From IMG/VR virus record IMGVR_UViG_3300025154_000063, positions 24,994 through 88,993 of that record: a stretch of 64,000 nucleotides of DNA; one strand, 5' to 3'. The DNA comes from a virus. The translations under genes and the position numbers were made by a program. Under the pieces are notes generated by a model that ran no database searches, was not told the origin of the DNA, and worked only from the letters and a program-made list of their open reading frames with translations. This document shows positions 1 to 11,795 of the stretch, one piece after another (position 1 is the first letter of the stretch; each line of letters opens with the position of its first letter).

Positions 1-331
1 CTCAAAACAAACACGCTCCTCTTCATCACCATTCCAAGTGGCTAATATACCCGACAGTATGCCAGACATAACCAATAAATTGGCCGCCCGTTTAGTGGTA
101 AAGGATATGTAGAACTTACCAGACTTCATGCTCTCCCTATCTTGTGCACTGTAGAACACAGCGTCACCCAATGGTTTATCACCAGTGTACAGGATGTGGT
201 CTGGTAATGCTGCAAACCCACAGCTACCACAACACTTGTGATTCTGTCGTGCCCAAATATCGTGGGTGCGAACCATCTTGAATGCTGCAGTTATCTGCTT
301 ACGGAAAGCAGCTATGTCCCTATTAGTTAAT

Positions 332-1054
332 TTACTCATTGTTTACCTCCTGTTTCTTCATAAGTTTACGCCACGCTGCCACTGCTTTGCCGGCTACTGA
401 ACCTGCAGGCTGTGTGCCGTGAATAATTATAGCATATGGTTTGGTGCAGTCAATGGCATGACTATCATCATGGTCTATTTCAAGACCTAAGTCATCAGCT
501 TCCTGCTGACTGTAGACAATGCGAGCGTAGACTGGGTACTGGTAGGCCATCTCATCATACCTACCACCAATACTGGCAGTGATACGAAAGTTTGCCGGCA
601 TATCTGGACGAGTTACCTTGATGAAAGGTATCATCTTGGTGTACCCATAGAAGATTATCTCTGGATGCCGCTGTGCCACACGCATCCACGCCAAGTAATA
701 GTCAAAGTTGTAGTAGTCACCACCCACATGGATACGAATATGGGTAGCACCCTTAGGCAACGAGCTATCTATGAGGTCAGCTAACACATCAGCATTGTGA
801 CCTGCTGCCCACAGTATATCAAAGTTACGCCACACCATATCACGTAACTGTTTATACTGTACCTCCATGCTTGCCTCGAAACATCGGATAGTACCATAGT
901 CTGTGAGTACACCATCACGAGTTACCATTGTCTTACATATGGTAGCTGCAGGGCAGGTCTTGCCGGCTGGTATAGAGAACCCAAACACCTTAGCATTCTT
1001 TATTTTAGTCAGCTTAGAGTTGCCAGAACCCTTTGAGAAAGTTAGTTTATCCAT
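332..1054 (-). CDS. GP88-like phage protein (radical-SAM-like Cys motif)
   Basis: FSIPAGKTCPAATIC...CF and IRIHVGGDYY...FYGYTK motifs recalled from the gene product 88 family. Confidence 0.7.
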   Translation of the reverse strand: MDKLTFSKGSGNSKLTKIKNAKVFGFSIPAGKTCPAATICKTMVTRDGVLTDYGTIRCFEASMEVQYKQLRDMVWRNFDILWAAGHNADVLADLIDSSLPKGATHIRIHVGGDYYNFDYYLAWMRVAQRHPEIIFYGYTKMIPFIKVTRPDMPANFRITASIGGRYDEMAYQYPVYARIVYSQQEADDLGLEIDHDDSHAIDCTKPYAIIIHGTQPAGSVAGKAVAAWRKLMKKQEVNNE

Positions 1055-1804
1055 AGGTAATCCTCCTGTATTTAATAAGAAAGTTAAATAAACTTAATTA
1101 AAGTTAATAAAAGTATTATAAACTATTATTAACTAATTGTCAATAGCTTCTTTCACTATTATCTAATTCATCTTCCTCCTCATCTTCTTCTTCTGAGTCA
1201 AATATGCTAAGACCATAGTCTCTTCTGTCTTGATTAGCTTGCTCAATAAAGAAGTCCCGTATGTCCAAGTGTGTGGTGTCTGACATAACCCCCTCACCGT
1301 AGTGTACTTCAAGGTGTACAGCACGAAGCAAGCGATATGCCTGCTTCATGCGTGATACCGAGAAGAGCATGCGTTCAGCTAACAGCTTCTCCATTTCTCT
1401 GTATGCTTTCATGTCTACCTCTCTATTCCAACTAGTGCATAGAGTTCCCTCCACTCTTCTCCGCACTCTTCACATCTGCAGTCCCGTCCCAAGTCTTCAC
1501 CCATAGGTGAGGTGTTGATTACTGAATACTCTGCACCACACACGGGGCAGTTGAGACCACCTGTGTCTATATACTCATGTATAACTATCTTTTCGAAGTC
1601 GTCCTTAGTGTTTGTCATTGGCATGTCCACCCATTCATCGTAAGCTTGTCAACTTCATCACTCACTTCTTCCTGAGTGAACAAAGCAACAGTGATTGGCG
1701 ACGGTTCATCAGGTGTAAGGTAGAGCGCCTGTGCAAATGTCCCGAAGTACCATATATACACACATGCTGAGCCATTATACATGGTCAGTACTGCATCATC
1801 TAAT

Positions 1805-2641
1805 TCAAATATCATTTTGTTCCTCCTCTTTCTCAGCCAACAAGTATTCAGTTACCTTTGTTGCCAGCTTACTGGTCTTATAGAAAGACCACTCATCATC
1901 TTTGATGCGTTCCTTCCATGCTTGCAGGTACTGAGCATGGTCAGGTTGAATTTCCTTACTCACTCCGAGTGTCATACACATGTAGAGTGAGGCGAGCTCA
2001 GCTACAAGCTCCTCTTCTGCAGAGGTGTGCTTGTCAAGCCTATCTAATCGAGAGGTATGTCCTGTCCAGTGAGCAAGCTCATGCAATCTGGTTGAGTCAT
2101 AACCATCCTCTGTCTTGAAAGCCTCTGCAGGTGGGCAGATTATCCTATCTGAGCTAGGAATGTAAGCTGCCTTGTTACCACCGTAGTCTATGATAACTTG
2201 GTGACGAGTGAGCAAGTCATCTACAAGCTGTGACCCTTGTGTTGCATACAAGGTGACTGTGCTTGCCGGCTCTGTCCACCCCTCAACCTGTTGAGCATTG
2301 AATAGTGCAATGGTTCTCATCAGCGGGATGGTCTTGGGGTTACCATCTTCATCCTTGCCGTTGATAATCTTCCAGAATAGCACACTGGTTGACTTCTCAC
2401 CTGACTTTACGTGAGCACCGAGTCTCTTCCAACAATTGAAGTTACCCCAGTACCGTGAGGTAAAGGGAGTAGACATCAGAATGAATGGATTGAACCCTGT
2501 GTACTGACGCTTTGATTCAGCATTGCACGGCATAGCCCCACCATAAATATCAACCCACGGCTTCATCCACCCTGTGCCGTAGGTCTCCATCATGGACAGT
2601 ACCTTATCATTGATAGCAGTCATATCAAATTTAGTAGTCAT
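1805..2641 (-). CDS. ardC: ArdC-like antirestriction protein (ssDNA-binding domain plus zincin metallopeptidase)
   Basis: WMKPW, YTGFN, VKSGEK, FNAQQ, HELAHWTGH, EELVAE motifs; likely start ATG 2641 behind GGAGG. Confidence 0.85.
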   Translation of the reverse strand: MTTKFDMTAINDKVLSMMETYGTGWMKPWVDIYGGAMPCNAESKRQYTGFNPFILMSTPFTSRYWGNFNCWKRLGAHVKSGEKSTSVLFWKIINGKDEDGNPKTIPLMRTIALFNAQQVEGWTEPASTVTLYATQGSQLVDDLLTRHQVIIDYGGNKAAYIPSSDRIICPPAEAFKTEDGYDSTRLHELAHWTGHTSRLDRLDKHTSAEEELVAELASLYMCMTLGVSKEIQPDHAQYLQAWKERIKDDEWSFYKTSKLATKVTEYLLAEKEEEQNDI

Positions 2642-5503
2642 TCGATTACCTCCTGTCTTGAGCTGGGCATAAGAGAACCTAAACAATTGTGAGGCATACC
2701 ATATACCTCTGAGTTTAACACATCTTGGATAGTTTTGCAAGGGTCAATTGCTCCATGATAATAACCCTTATACTTACGGACAAACCATTTAGGTGTCTCA
2801 TCTGTACTACCCATGTACCATGTTCCGTTGCCGGACAAGAATACAAGTTTGTACTTGTCAACATATGGTTTGATTACTTCATCATACACACTTTCTATGT
2901 AAACAAACACTGCATCACAGAAGTGTTCATACATTCTGTTGGTTACATTTTCATACTTGTTTCGGTTAGTCACTGTCATCTTGACAATCCTCCTGTCTTG
3001 GTATTCCAATCTGCTCATGGGTCGGGTGTGAGAAGCAGTTGCACTTGGTACACTGCACAGCCACCCAAGTAATGTGGTCAGTCACAAACCCCTCACTATT
3101 GCCACATGAAGGACAACGACCCGTGTGTGGTAATTTCATTCTAACCATTATCATTGACATTATTCATCATCCTTTACTATAACAAACTCACGACTGTAAT
3201 CACACCCGCCCTGTGCTATTCTAGGATATATAGAAGCATTCCGTTTGAGAACACCATTAGACCTATAGAAGAATATGTTTATCCACCACACATCATCTAC
3301 CGAATGCCAGACACGTGTTACGTCTTGATGTCTTGTTCTCATAGCCAACATGTTGAGTGCCTTATTCAAAACATGTTGTGGTATTTCTTCAAAGGGGATG
3401 ATTTGTGTTGTTCTCATAAGCTATTCTCCCTAAGCCCGCCCTGAATTTTTTTCAGTAGCCAGCTTGATACCGTAAAGTTATTATGTAACATGTCCATCTT
3501 GATACGGTAGAACCGTACCTTGTTCACAACATATCTCTCAGAGACAATGCCAGCCTCCTGCTCTTGGGAGAGCAGGTAGCTAGCATACTCCAGTTGCTTG
3601 CTCGCAGCTAACAAGCGTGCTATGTGTGCACGAAGTATCCTTGTCAACCATAGCATCCACAATACTATGACCATAAGTTACGCTCTCTTTCCAGCTCGTG
3701 AATCAGGTCAGTGATTTCATTGTCCACTCGCTGACAATCTACAAGGAAACTAGTACCTTGATTGACACCACTGATATGCAGTAGCAATCCACTGATTGCC
3801 ATGCCTGCCTCGGACAATACCCGTAGAACTTTAGATAGTAGTTTATACATATTGCCTCCTAATAATTCTGTTCAATAAATGAGCGCATTCCCTCATCAGC
3901 ATTGAGGATGTCAATACCGAAGTGGTTCTGCAAGTACTCAGCTTTCTGAACACTGGATTTCCGGTGCTCGGCAACTGGTTCGAGTTCACCAGTACAGTAA
4001 GAGCAGATGATGTCATTGTCTTTCAAGACCTCAACTGCTTTCTCAGCAGAGTCCTGCCCTGAGTTGAAGTAAGAATACTCAGAGAGAACATTCATGTTCT
4101 GCTCATCACCACACACACTACATGTAAACTTTTTATTAGCCATGTTATTTAGCCTCCACTACAAGTAGTCGATTAGATACCCATATTACTTCACCATTTG
4201 GAAACCTGACGAGTGTCTCACACAGGTTTGATTGGTACACATGTACTGGTGTATACACTTCTTTTGATGTATACTCCCCAGTATTACCATCATATGTTCT
4301 CATTATATCAACTGCAAAAAGGTTTGTACCTATCTTATACATAACATTACCTCCGTGTGATTTTGAATGTAGTTACTAGCCACCATAGTCCGAAGACTAT
4401 GGCAGCTATTGAAAGGAAACAGAGTAGGCTAAGTCCGTTCATACTATCTTGTAGTATGAGGTAGCCTCTTCTTGACATTCGAAGAGTGCATCTGCAGGAA
4501 CACCATACTTGACACACATTTCAAGTAAGCGTTCGTTATTCCACAGTGGGGTGTTGGTTACTTTGAGAACTTTAGCACCCTCGCCAACTGCCTCCATGAT
4601 ACCAGCCAGCTCGCACTCTGCCTTGATGGTATTGCTCAAGGCTGTGGCAAACTTGCCGAGGTCTTTCAGCTTGGTCTGCAGGTCACTGGTCTGCTCAATT
4701 ATCTGCAGCTTGACCTTAGTCTGCTCGGCTTTATTCCCACCGAGGTCATTCAACATCTTGGTGATACTAATCATACTGGTCATAGTCTTCCTCCTTAGTT
4801 ATAGTATAGCATCGAATAGTTATTTTGTCAAGGATGCTGCTGACTTGCCATGCCAACAGTTATCTACCATCCATGCCATGATTAGGTCAAGGCTATGCTC
4901 TCCACTAGTGTGGTTAGCTTCACCCTCTAGCCCCCAAGTACACACTGTGCCCTTGATTACCAGTGAACTGGTGTCCCTGCCACCATCAGGATACTCGAAC
5001 AGGAAACCTGTCCACGTGTACTGTCCATCCACTCGAATGAGTGCCAATATCTGGTCACCAAATCGCATGACTTGGTTGACATGCACATATTGTGCATAGC
5101 CAAACTTGGCGTTCACTAGCTCTAACATCTTGTCATATAACATTGCAATCCTCCTACCACTCACAATTGATGAGGTATTCCATACCCTCAGCAATTCGAA
5201 TATCATGTCGGCGCATACGCCACAATAAGAACTGCATTATGTACATCTTGATTGTGTCCATTAATAGTCCCTTATGTAATTCTCAATCTGGTCTCGCAGG
5301 ATAGGTGTATCCATGTCTACAGGTATTACCATTGTTACTAATGTATCCATGAAATTATCTTCACAATCACAGTCTACCTCACAGAAGTCGTGTCTGAATG
5401 GGTCTGACCTGTAGCATGCCCATTCAGACCATGCACTTTGTAGGTTAGAAGCAAACTCTTTATTAGAGTTTATCAACATATTGATAATCAATCCATCTGC
5501 CAT
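2638..5503 (-). other. Cluster of tightly packed small hypothetical early genes (60-130 aa)
   Basis: Abutting or overlapping minus-strand ORFs, many with GGAG RBS; no family recognised. Confidence 0.7.
4803..4831 (-). promoter_or_regulatory. sigma70-type promoter
   Basis: TTGACA-17-TATACT upstream of ORF 4439..4783. Confidence 0.7.
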
Positions 5504-5506
5504 TAC

Positions 5507-5809
5507 TCACCTCACATACTGGTCAATTTCACACGGTCTGAATACTTGCTCAGCCCGTCGGTAGAATACTGTCTTGACTACCTTCTTCACAGGGTCAACA
5601 CAGGCGACAATCACGTTGCCGTTGCTAAAGTTGTCAGTAAATTTGTCCTCATCGAGTACTCTTATTATTACTTTCGCCTCCTCATATGGTGTTTCAAGTG
5701 CGGCTTGCTCACACTGGTTGATACGATAGCGGAGTAGTGAGAGACTTATGCCTCTCACCTCCGCCTCACGCTTGGCGTGCTCACTGATACGAATTGTTGG
5801 CATCCTCAT
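5507..5809 (-). CDS. DUF4258-like protein (RelE/BrnT-like fold)
   Basis: ISEHAKREAEVRGIS...VVKTVF pattern. Confidence 0.5.
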   Translation of the reverse strand: MRMPTIRISEHAKREAEVRGISLSLLRYRINQCEQAALETPYEEAKVIIRVLDEDKFTDNFSNGNVIVACVDPVKKVVKTVFYRRAEQVFRPCEIDQYVR

Positions 5810-6693
5810 CTGTACTCCAATTTCTTAGTCACACTGTTCCAGTAAGGTGTGAGCTCTGCCGTTGCGGCTGGCAATACTGCATTGCCATTACCCTTATTCA
5901 GGTATGTTACTGCTGGTGATGCTCGTACTACAAACTTCTGCTCACCAATCATTGCCGCAACATATCGTTCTTGGTTGCGTGTCTCAACAGCCTCATCACA
6001 GTAGTTAGCCCTCACCCATTTCACTGGGTCAGATAACTCTGGCATCCACAGCCCCATCAGAATGGATAGTACTACACCCGTTCTGCCGTGTCCACCCATA
6101 CAACATACTAGCACATCCTTGCCACTGAGCAAGACTGCCTTGATGTCTGCTGCAAACTGTTTCCAGAATGTCCAGTCCAAGTGCTCCGGCTGACCGTAGT
6201 CTAAGATTGGCAGTGATACAAACTGAACATTCTGCTCACTGATTGAGGGGAATAGGTCAGGTCGATTAGTGGTTGGCATTGCACCAAACACTAAGTCCCC
6301 GCCTGTCAGGTCAACTACTAGCATACCCCTGTATACCTTAGCTCCACGGGATGTGCCACCTGCATAGAGTGTGCCCTTATTCTCAAAGGATACTATACTC
6401 TTGTTGCCCCTGTGACATTCTTTTCTTGCATATGAATTCCAAACGCCAGACGTAGTAGTTTTACCACCAGTTCTGTCCCAGTAGTCTGCATAGCGCAGGT
6501 CATCATCTTCAAACTCACCCTTGTGTAGCTCAAGCCATTCTTTATCGCTGAGCTCATCATCGGCAAATCTGGTAGCAGTCTTGACAGGTGCTTTTGGATT
6601 GGCTAAGTCAGCCTCCAATTGAGTGAGATTATTACTAACCCACTCGTTGAAATTTTGCTTATCTAAACGTGATTTCTTATGTTTCTTACTCAT
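5806..6693 (-). CDS. Cys-based protein-tyrosine/dual-specificity phosphatase
   Basis: PILDY general-acid loop, CCMGGHGRTG (CX5R) active site, AVETxxQ. Confidence 0.85.
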   Translation of the reverse strand: MSKKHKKSRLDKQNFNEWVSNNLTQLEADLANPKAPVKTATRFADDELSDKEWLELHKGEFEDDDLRYADYWDRTGGKTTTSGVWNSYARKECHRGNKSIVSFENKGTLYAGGTSRGAKVYRGMLVVDLTGGDLVFGAMPTTNRPDLFPSISEQNVQFVSLPILDYGQPEHLDWTFWKQFAADIKAVLLSGKDVLVCCMGGHGRTGVVLSILMGLWMPELSDPVKWVRANYCDEAVETRNQERYVAAMIGEQKFVVRASPAVTYLNKGNGNAVLPAATAELTPYWNSVTKKLEYR

Positions 6694-7909
6694 TGTTCAC
6701 CTCTTCTTCTGTGGTAGAAGAGGCTGGTTCATCACCAGCCCCCTCTTCATTGTTCTTATCATTACATGAGGAGCATATCCAGTCACCATCCTCATTCTCG
6801 ATGAGCTCATCAGCCTCATGTATATCACAGCACTGGTCACAAGTAAACTCCCAACAGTCCTGACAATACTCATCCCCCTTGTACTCCTTGCTGTCAGTGC
6901 TCCAGTATCCACAGTTCTCACACTGTATGTAGGAATATCGTGCTGCACAACGGTCGCAGATGTAGTCGCCACCCGATGTAACCTTGGCATCCTCCTTGTA
7001 CAACTCTGTACCACAGTGGTCGCAGCTTGCGTAGTCCTCATTGTAACAATCACTGCACAGTATGTCGCCCCCCTCTGTGTGATACATGTCCTCACTAGGA
7101 TAACTACTGCCACAACTCTCACACTGAGATTCTTGAGAGATTTCCTCCCAGCCCTGAGAGCCAAGTACATCAGTACCAAACATGCCGAGGTCACATGTCT
7201 CAGACAATTTCTTGCATAAGTCTGGACGATGGTGGTAGAATGTGATGTGACCACCATTTCTCTTGCCGAAGTTTTCCAACAGCTTACGAACATCTACACT
7301 GACGTGAGCATAATACTTCTCATCATCAATCCCATTGGAAAGCAGGTCATAATTCTTCTTGAGGTCGAGGAAGTTCATCAGGGTGTTCTCACCAATATCC
7401 ATATTCAGGTGCACTCGTTCGAGCACACCGTCCTTATCAAACAGTGAGCCCCCATTATGCTTGAGGTCAATGATGTGGTCTACAAAGACAGTCTTGTTCA
7501 CTTTGTAGAGACTGATTGCTTTTGAAATTGACTTCCACGCATTGCCACCATACCCACTTTCCCAGTTCTGGTCGAATACCCTTATCAGTGCAGGTGCTGA
7601 TGCAAACAAGTCATATTCAATGGCGGAATCATATGCACTGCCACGTCCACCACTCGGCAGGTCACAGGGGGCTTCACCGGATGCCTTGTCATATGCGTGC
7701 CGTGCCTCACCAAATGCTGCCATGAATGCGTAGGCTACGAATGTGTCAGCCATTACATCAATTACTTTTTCGAGGTGTCCCTCTACTGCACGGCGCAGAG
7801 ACCAGTAGCGAACGTCGAGGTTCTCAGCATCATCACGTGGTTTGATAGTCCACATGCGATACTCGGCGGCGTTCAGGTAGTAAAAATCGTACACTAAGCT
7901 TATGTCCAT
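6686..7909 (-). CDS. Hypothetical protein with C-terminal tandem CxxC zinc-finger array
   Basis: Eight CxxC pairs in the C-terminal third; N-terminal helical domain with GYGG..W and HNGG motifs. Confidence 0.7.
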   Translation of the reverse strand: MDISLVYDFYYLNAAEYRMWTIKPRDDAENLDVRYWSLRRAVEGHLEKVIDVMADTFVAYAFMAAFGEARHAYDKASGEAPCDLPSGGRGSAYDSAIEYDLFASAPALIRVFDQNWESGYGGNAWKSISKAISLYKVNKTVFVDHIIDLKHNGGSLFDKDGVLERVHLNMDIGENTLMNFLDLKKNYDLLSNGIDDEKYYAHVSVDVRKLLENFGKRNGGHITFYHHRPDLCKKLSETCDLGMFGTDVLGSQGWEEISQESQCESCGSSYPSEDMYHTEGGDILCSDCYNEDYASCDHCGTELYKEDAKVTSGGDYICDRCAARYSYIQCENCGYWSTDSKEYKGDEYCQDCWEFTCDQCCDIHEADELIENEDGDWICSSCNDKNNEEGAGDEPASSTTEEEVNNE

Positions 7910-7921
7910 CTTATTGCTCCT

Positions 7922-8431
7922 TTACCAATTGGACGGGTCAGATATTTCCGGTCTAATCCAGACCGGTGATACTTTATACTTTGTAAACGGTAGTATCTTA
8001 TACTCAGCAGTGAGCACATTTCGCAGGTAAATTCTGCCGCTTGTTACGACAGTCAAATGAAACTCCTGCTCCATCAAGATAGTACGAACACTATCTGGAA
8101 GTACTCGATTAGAAACATACCATTGGGGGTTATCAAGTCTAGCGACGGTTGACCAGAATAGTGGATACAAAGAGTGTGTATAGTAGTAAGATGAGTCCTT
8201 TACCCTGCTCCATCTATCACCACAACATGGACAATCAATCTCATTCTTGACCCCATCGAAGTAGACACCAATCTTCTCAGCAATCCGATTGGCTTGCTCA
8301 GCATTGTCAGCTTGCACGTTCACTGCGAACGTGATTGCATCGTGCTGGAGCACTGGTTGCCAGTCACCTTGCGGGGACTGGTTGAAGACGTAGTATGGTA
8401 CGTCTTTTGGAAACTTAGCTATTCTGGACAT
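7922..8431 (-). CDS. Conserved phage protein (DUF7296-like)
   Basis: GVYFDGV...DCPCCGDRW motif; start chosen from GGAGG RBS. Confidence 0.6.
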   Translation of the reverse strand: MSRIAKFPKDVPYYVFNQSPQGDWQPVLQHDAITFAVNVQADNAEQANRIAEKIGVYFDGVKNEIDCPCCGDRWSRVKDSSYYYTHSLYPLFWSTVARLDNPQWYVSNRVLPDSVRTILMEQEFHLTVVTSGRIYLRNVLTAEYKILPFTKYKVSPVWIRPEISDPSNW

Positions 8432-10755
8432 GAGACTTACCTCCTTTGAGTAAGTTGAAATGTGTCTTGACATTATCCTGACCACTTATATAAACCATGG
8501 TTACGATGATTGTCAGATTATCAATACGTCCACATGTACTCTTTTCTGATTTTTTGTCACCATGTTGGAGTCCACGTAGATTGATACTATCAAACAAATG
8601 ATATAAACTTTGCCACCTCTTTCCAAAAGTACAGTCCAGAATTCTTGACACGTCACTTACTGAGACGTATGTGCCACTGAGAACATGTGTCTGGTCAACG
8701 TCATAAATATTGACCATATATGCTATCTTTCGCCAGAACATAGTGTCACCTATAGTCGAACGTATCCATCACACACGGTGATTGAATAATTGACACCTTT
8801 TTGCAATGGGCTGACCCATACACCCATCACTGTGTCAATCCAGTAATTGTCAACGTGTCCTGCAGGTATCCAGCTTACTGGTGCTCGGCAGACTTCCACT
8901 TTCCAGATGCCAATGAACTCACGTTCAATTACACCTGAGTGCTCAGCCTTGAGAAACAGATGCCGAACCTCATCTCTGCATATGTCCATACGAATTCCTT
9001 TGAGTGTGTCGAGCATGGTGTCTGCGTTGCTGAATATTCCAGCGAAATCCAGACGACCTGCCTCGTACCAAAAGTTCACAACATAAGCATACTGCATTGT
9101 CAATCCTCCTCACTAACAGTCTGCAGCAAGTGCTACATTACAAAGTCACAGTCGCACTCCGTAACTTCGTATCGTAGTCTCACTATGAAATAATATTGAT
9201 TGTCACCTTACCTTTCTTGATATTTGCCATCTGGTTACCTACACCCTTGCCAACGGGGTACAGGGTCATCATGTGCACCAGTTCGTAAGTGACCTTGTTG
9301 TGAGTCTTGGCTACAACACTGTCACCCTGCAGGTGGTACACGGTTGAGTATGCCGCTGTGTCGTACTCAGCAGGCAAAGTGGCTTTCGCCTTGGAAATCA
9401 GAGCAAAGGATACATCAATGTCGAGCATAGTTCCTCCTATCGAACCATTGCGATGGTCACGTCGTGTGCCATGTCACACTCAGTACATTGCACAGTGGCA
9501 ACAATGAAGTCGTGCTTGTCACCACAGCCACACTCACAGGTCACAGTCTCAACAACTGTCTGACCGACCCGTGAGATTACTTCACGTCCGTTGCACTCGT
9601 GAGCAACGAATGTCCCCTTACTGTCACGAACATTACAACCGTTGATAGTCATTGCTACCTCCATCAATGAGCAGGCACATCCTACTCTTACAAGTGTCCA
9701 CGTCACCATGGACACTGGTAAAAGTGGGAGCTGTTAGGGGTCAGCTCCCTTGACCCTACCCGTCAGCACCAGTAGATGCAGTCTATTAAGCTGGCTGCAT
9801 CACCGTTGAGACCCAAGGATATGAGCGTGTACTCAATTACATCCTTGTCACTGACCGAACCAACGTGGTCACCCTGCTCATCGAGCGGCAGGTGCACTCG
9901 CAATTCACCTGCGAGTCTACGACCACCTATCTCATTCATCACCCTGTGCAGTGGGTGACTTTCGAGCATCTTCCGCCATGCCATGGCTGAGTCAAAGTCC
10001 ATGCCACAAGCCTTCTCTTTCAAGCTGACCTCGATGTAGATGTCTACATCACGTGGTGACACTCGCTCATCGAGCATGACCGAGTAAATCCGTGCCATGT
10101 CTTCATACTGGGGTCTGTATGAAGTGTGGGCGTTGCGTCCGGCAGACGCTGGGATGTTCCAACCGAAGTAGACTTGTGTAGACATTAGATGCTCCTTAGA
10201 ATTGTCACCAGATTGTTGAGCTGGTTGAGTATGGGGGTCAGTAATTCTGACCCTGCAGTGACTGTTACCACTGCGACTATCAGGAAGAAGAGTGCTACTA
10301 CTTTCTGCATGGTGCTCCTTGAAATCTGTCTGGTTCTAGCGGGTGGCTACTCGGTATCCGAGCAGGAGTGCTGGGCTGCTGAATACTAGGGTACTGCCGT
10401 ACATTCCATACTTGCCGAAGGTTCGCACTGGGGCGGTCTCTGAGTACCCGTCGCACTTGCATACTGTCCCGTACTTGTCGACCTTTGCGTTGATGGCCCA
10501 GTTGCCTGCTGCCGTGATGTAGGCATCATACTTGCGGGTGTCTTCGGTGTGCTCAAGTGCTCGGTTCGCTCTGGACTGTGCGTGCCACTGTGCTCTGGCC
10601 TCGACTGGTATCGTCCGTGCTATCACTGCCTGTCTTCGCCATTTCCCGTCACTCAGATTGCAGTGCAGGGTCGTCGTCGCCTGTGCGGTGTCGCCTGCGT
10701 AGTGTATTCCGTTCTTGTCAACTGTGGTGAAATTTCGGTTCGCTATGTAGTTCAT
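8415..10755 (-). other. Cluster of small hypothetical early genes
   Basis: Minus-strand ORFs 8415..8741, 8750..9103, 9183..9428, ~9437..9652, 9763..10185, 10336..10755, most with GGAG RBS. Confidence 0.65.
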
Positions 10756-10769
10756 GGTATCCTCCGTGT

Positions 10770-11250
10770 CGCCTGTGTCTGGTTGTGGCAACCTGCCCTG
10801 TCACCATGTCAGTAGCATGGTGTCAGGATACTTGTCACAACCCCCTGTAAAATCTGTCATTATCTCGCCGACGCTCGAAATTTCTCTCGATGAACCCTTG
10901 CTCGCATCCCCTGCCGTCACTATAGGGGCTCGATGTCATATGGGTCTTTGTCTACTTATGGGAGTGTATTTCACGCTGCCGTGATTTATCACCGTCGATC
11001 GCTACTCGATGGGCACTCTGTGGGCGGGTCGATGGTCAGGCTGTCCATTCGTCGGTACTTTTACACCTGTGTTACTCAGCTAGGGAGACCGTTTCCTGAT
11101 AGTCGCTATATCCGCTTACCTGCCGTTCTAGTCAGGGTTCGCCGTGTTCACTAGGCACAGCTCCGCCCGCAGAATTCAAAATGGGTTCAGTTGTAAAGGT
11201 TCAGAGACATAACTCAAGCTAGTGAAGCCGGAAGTAAAATCTCATTGATA
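10770..11250 (-). ncRNA. Long structured non-coding leader or ncRNA upstream of the first early gene (element A)
   Basis: No credible ORF; several inverted repeats (TTCACTAG/CTAGTGAA, CTGCGGGCGG/CCGCCCACAG, TCGAGA-GAAA-TTTCGA); leftward promoters upstream; strand inferred. Confidence 0.5.
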
Positions 11251-11437
11251 GACAAAGTATAGCATACCCAAAACATTACGCAGAGGCACTCGGTTGGGGA
11301 AATTATCGAGGAGTTCTGGCACGTAAGTGGGTCAGACGCTCACGTTTACAGTATAAAAATATCCCGTTCGCAGCCACCTCGCTAACACGCACCCACGCCA
11401 ACAGGTAACAGCTGTCTCCGGCTGTGTCATAGTTGCA

Positions 11438-11466
11438 ATTATAAATGATGTATTGGAATTTGTCAA
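11438..11466 (-). promoter_or_regulatory. Consensus sigma70 promoter for the early arm
   Basis: TTGACA-17-TATAAT. Confidence 0.8.
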
Positions 11467-11515
11467 GTGTCAATAGCCCCCTAATAACAGTTTAATTTTT
11501 TTATTTTTAGATAAG

Positions 11516-11541
11516 AAAAATCCCTCAGTTAAGAGGGATTT
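11516..11541 (-). terminator. Rho-independent terminator
   Basis: AAATCCCTC-TTAACT-GAGGGATTT followed by a T run. Confidence 0.8.
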
Positions 11542-11549
11542 CTCAATCT

Positions 11550-11790
11550 ACTTGCAGTGGTCAGGTCACTGAGCTGACAGTGTATTCGCAGATTTCTAGG
11601 AAGCCGGCAAACAGCTTTCTGCTAGCTGTGGGTTCTGACTCGTGATACAGGAGCTTATAGTCTGCCTAGTCTACTGCCCTTACTGACCCACAATCACCCT
11701 GTCTTACGTCTTAGTGGCGCACTCTCCTCACTGCACTGCAAGCAGCGAACCCAAGACCGGTATCGTGCTGACTTCAACCGACCTGAGAAA
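11550..11790 (-). ncRNA. Orphan structured RNA (element E)
   Basis: CTTGCAGTG/CACTGCAAG 9-bp long-range stem, TGTGGGT/ACCCACA, 5' hairpin; lies between a stop codon and a terminator. Confidence 0.6.
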
Positions 11791-11795
11791 CCTAA

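Noticed and set aside
6697-7293. 198-aa alternate-frame ORF, and similar antisense ORFs such as 4509..5099 and 42866..43516
   Set aside because: Shadow frames of real genes
11550-11790. RNase P RNA or tmRNA
   Set aside because: GAGGAGAGT resembles GAGGAAAGT but there is no matching P4 partner, and no tRNA-like ends or tag ORF
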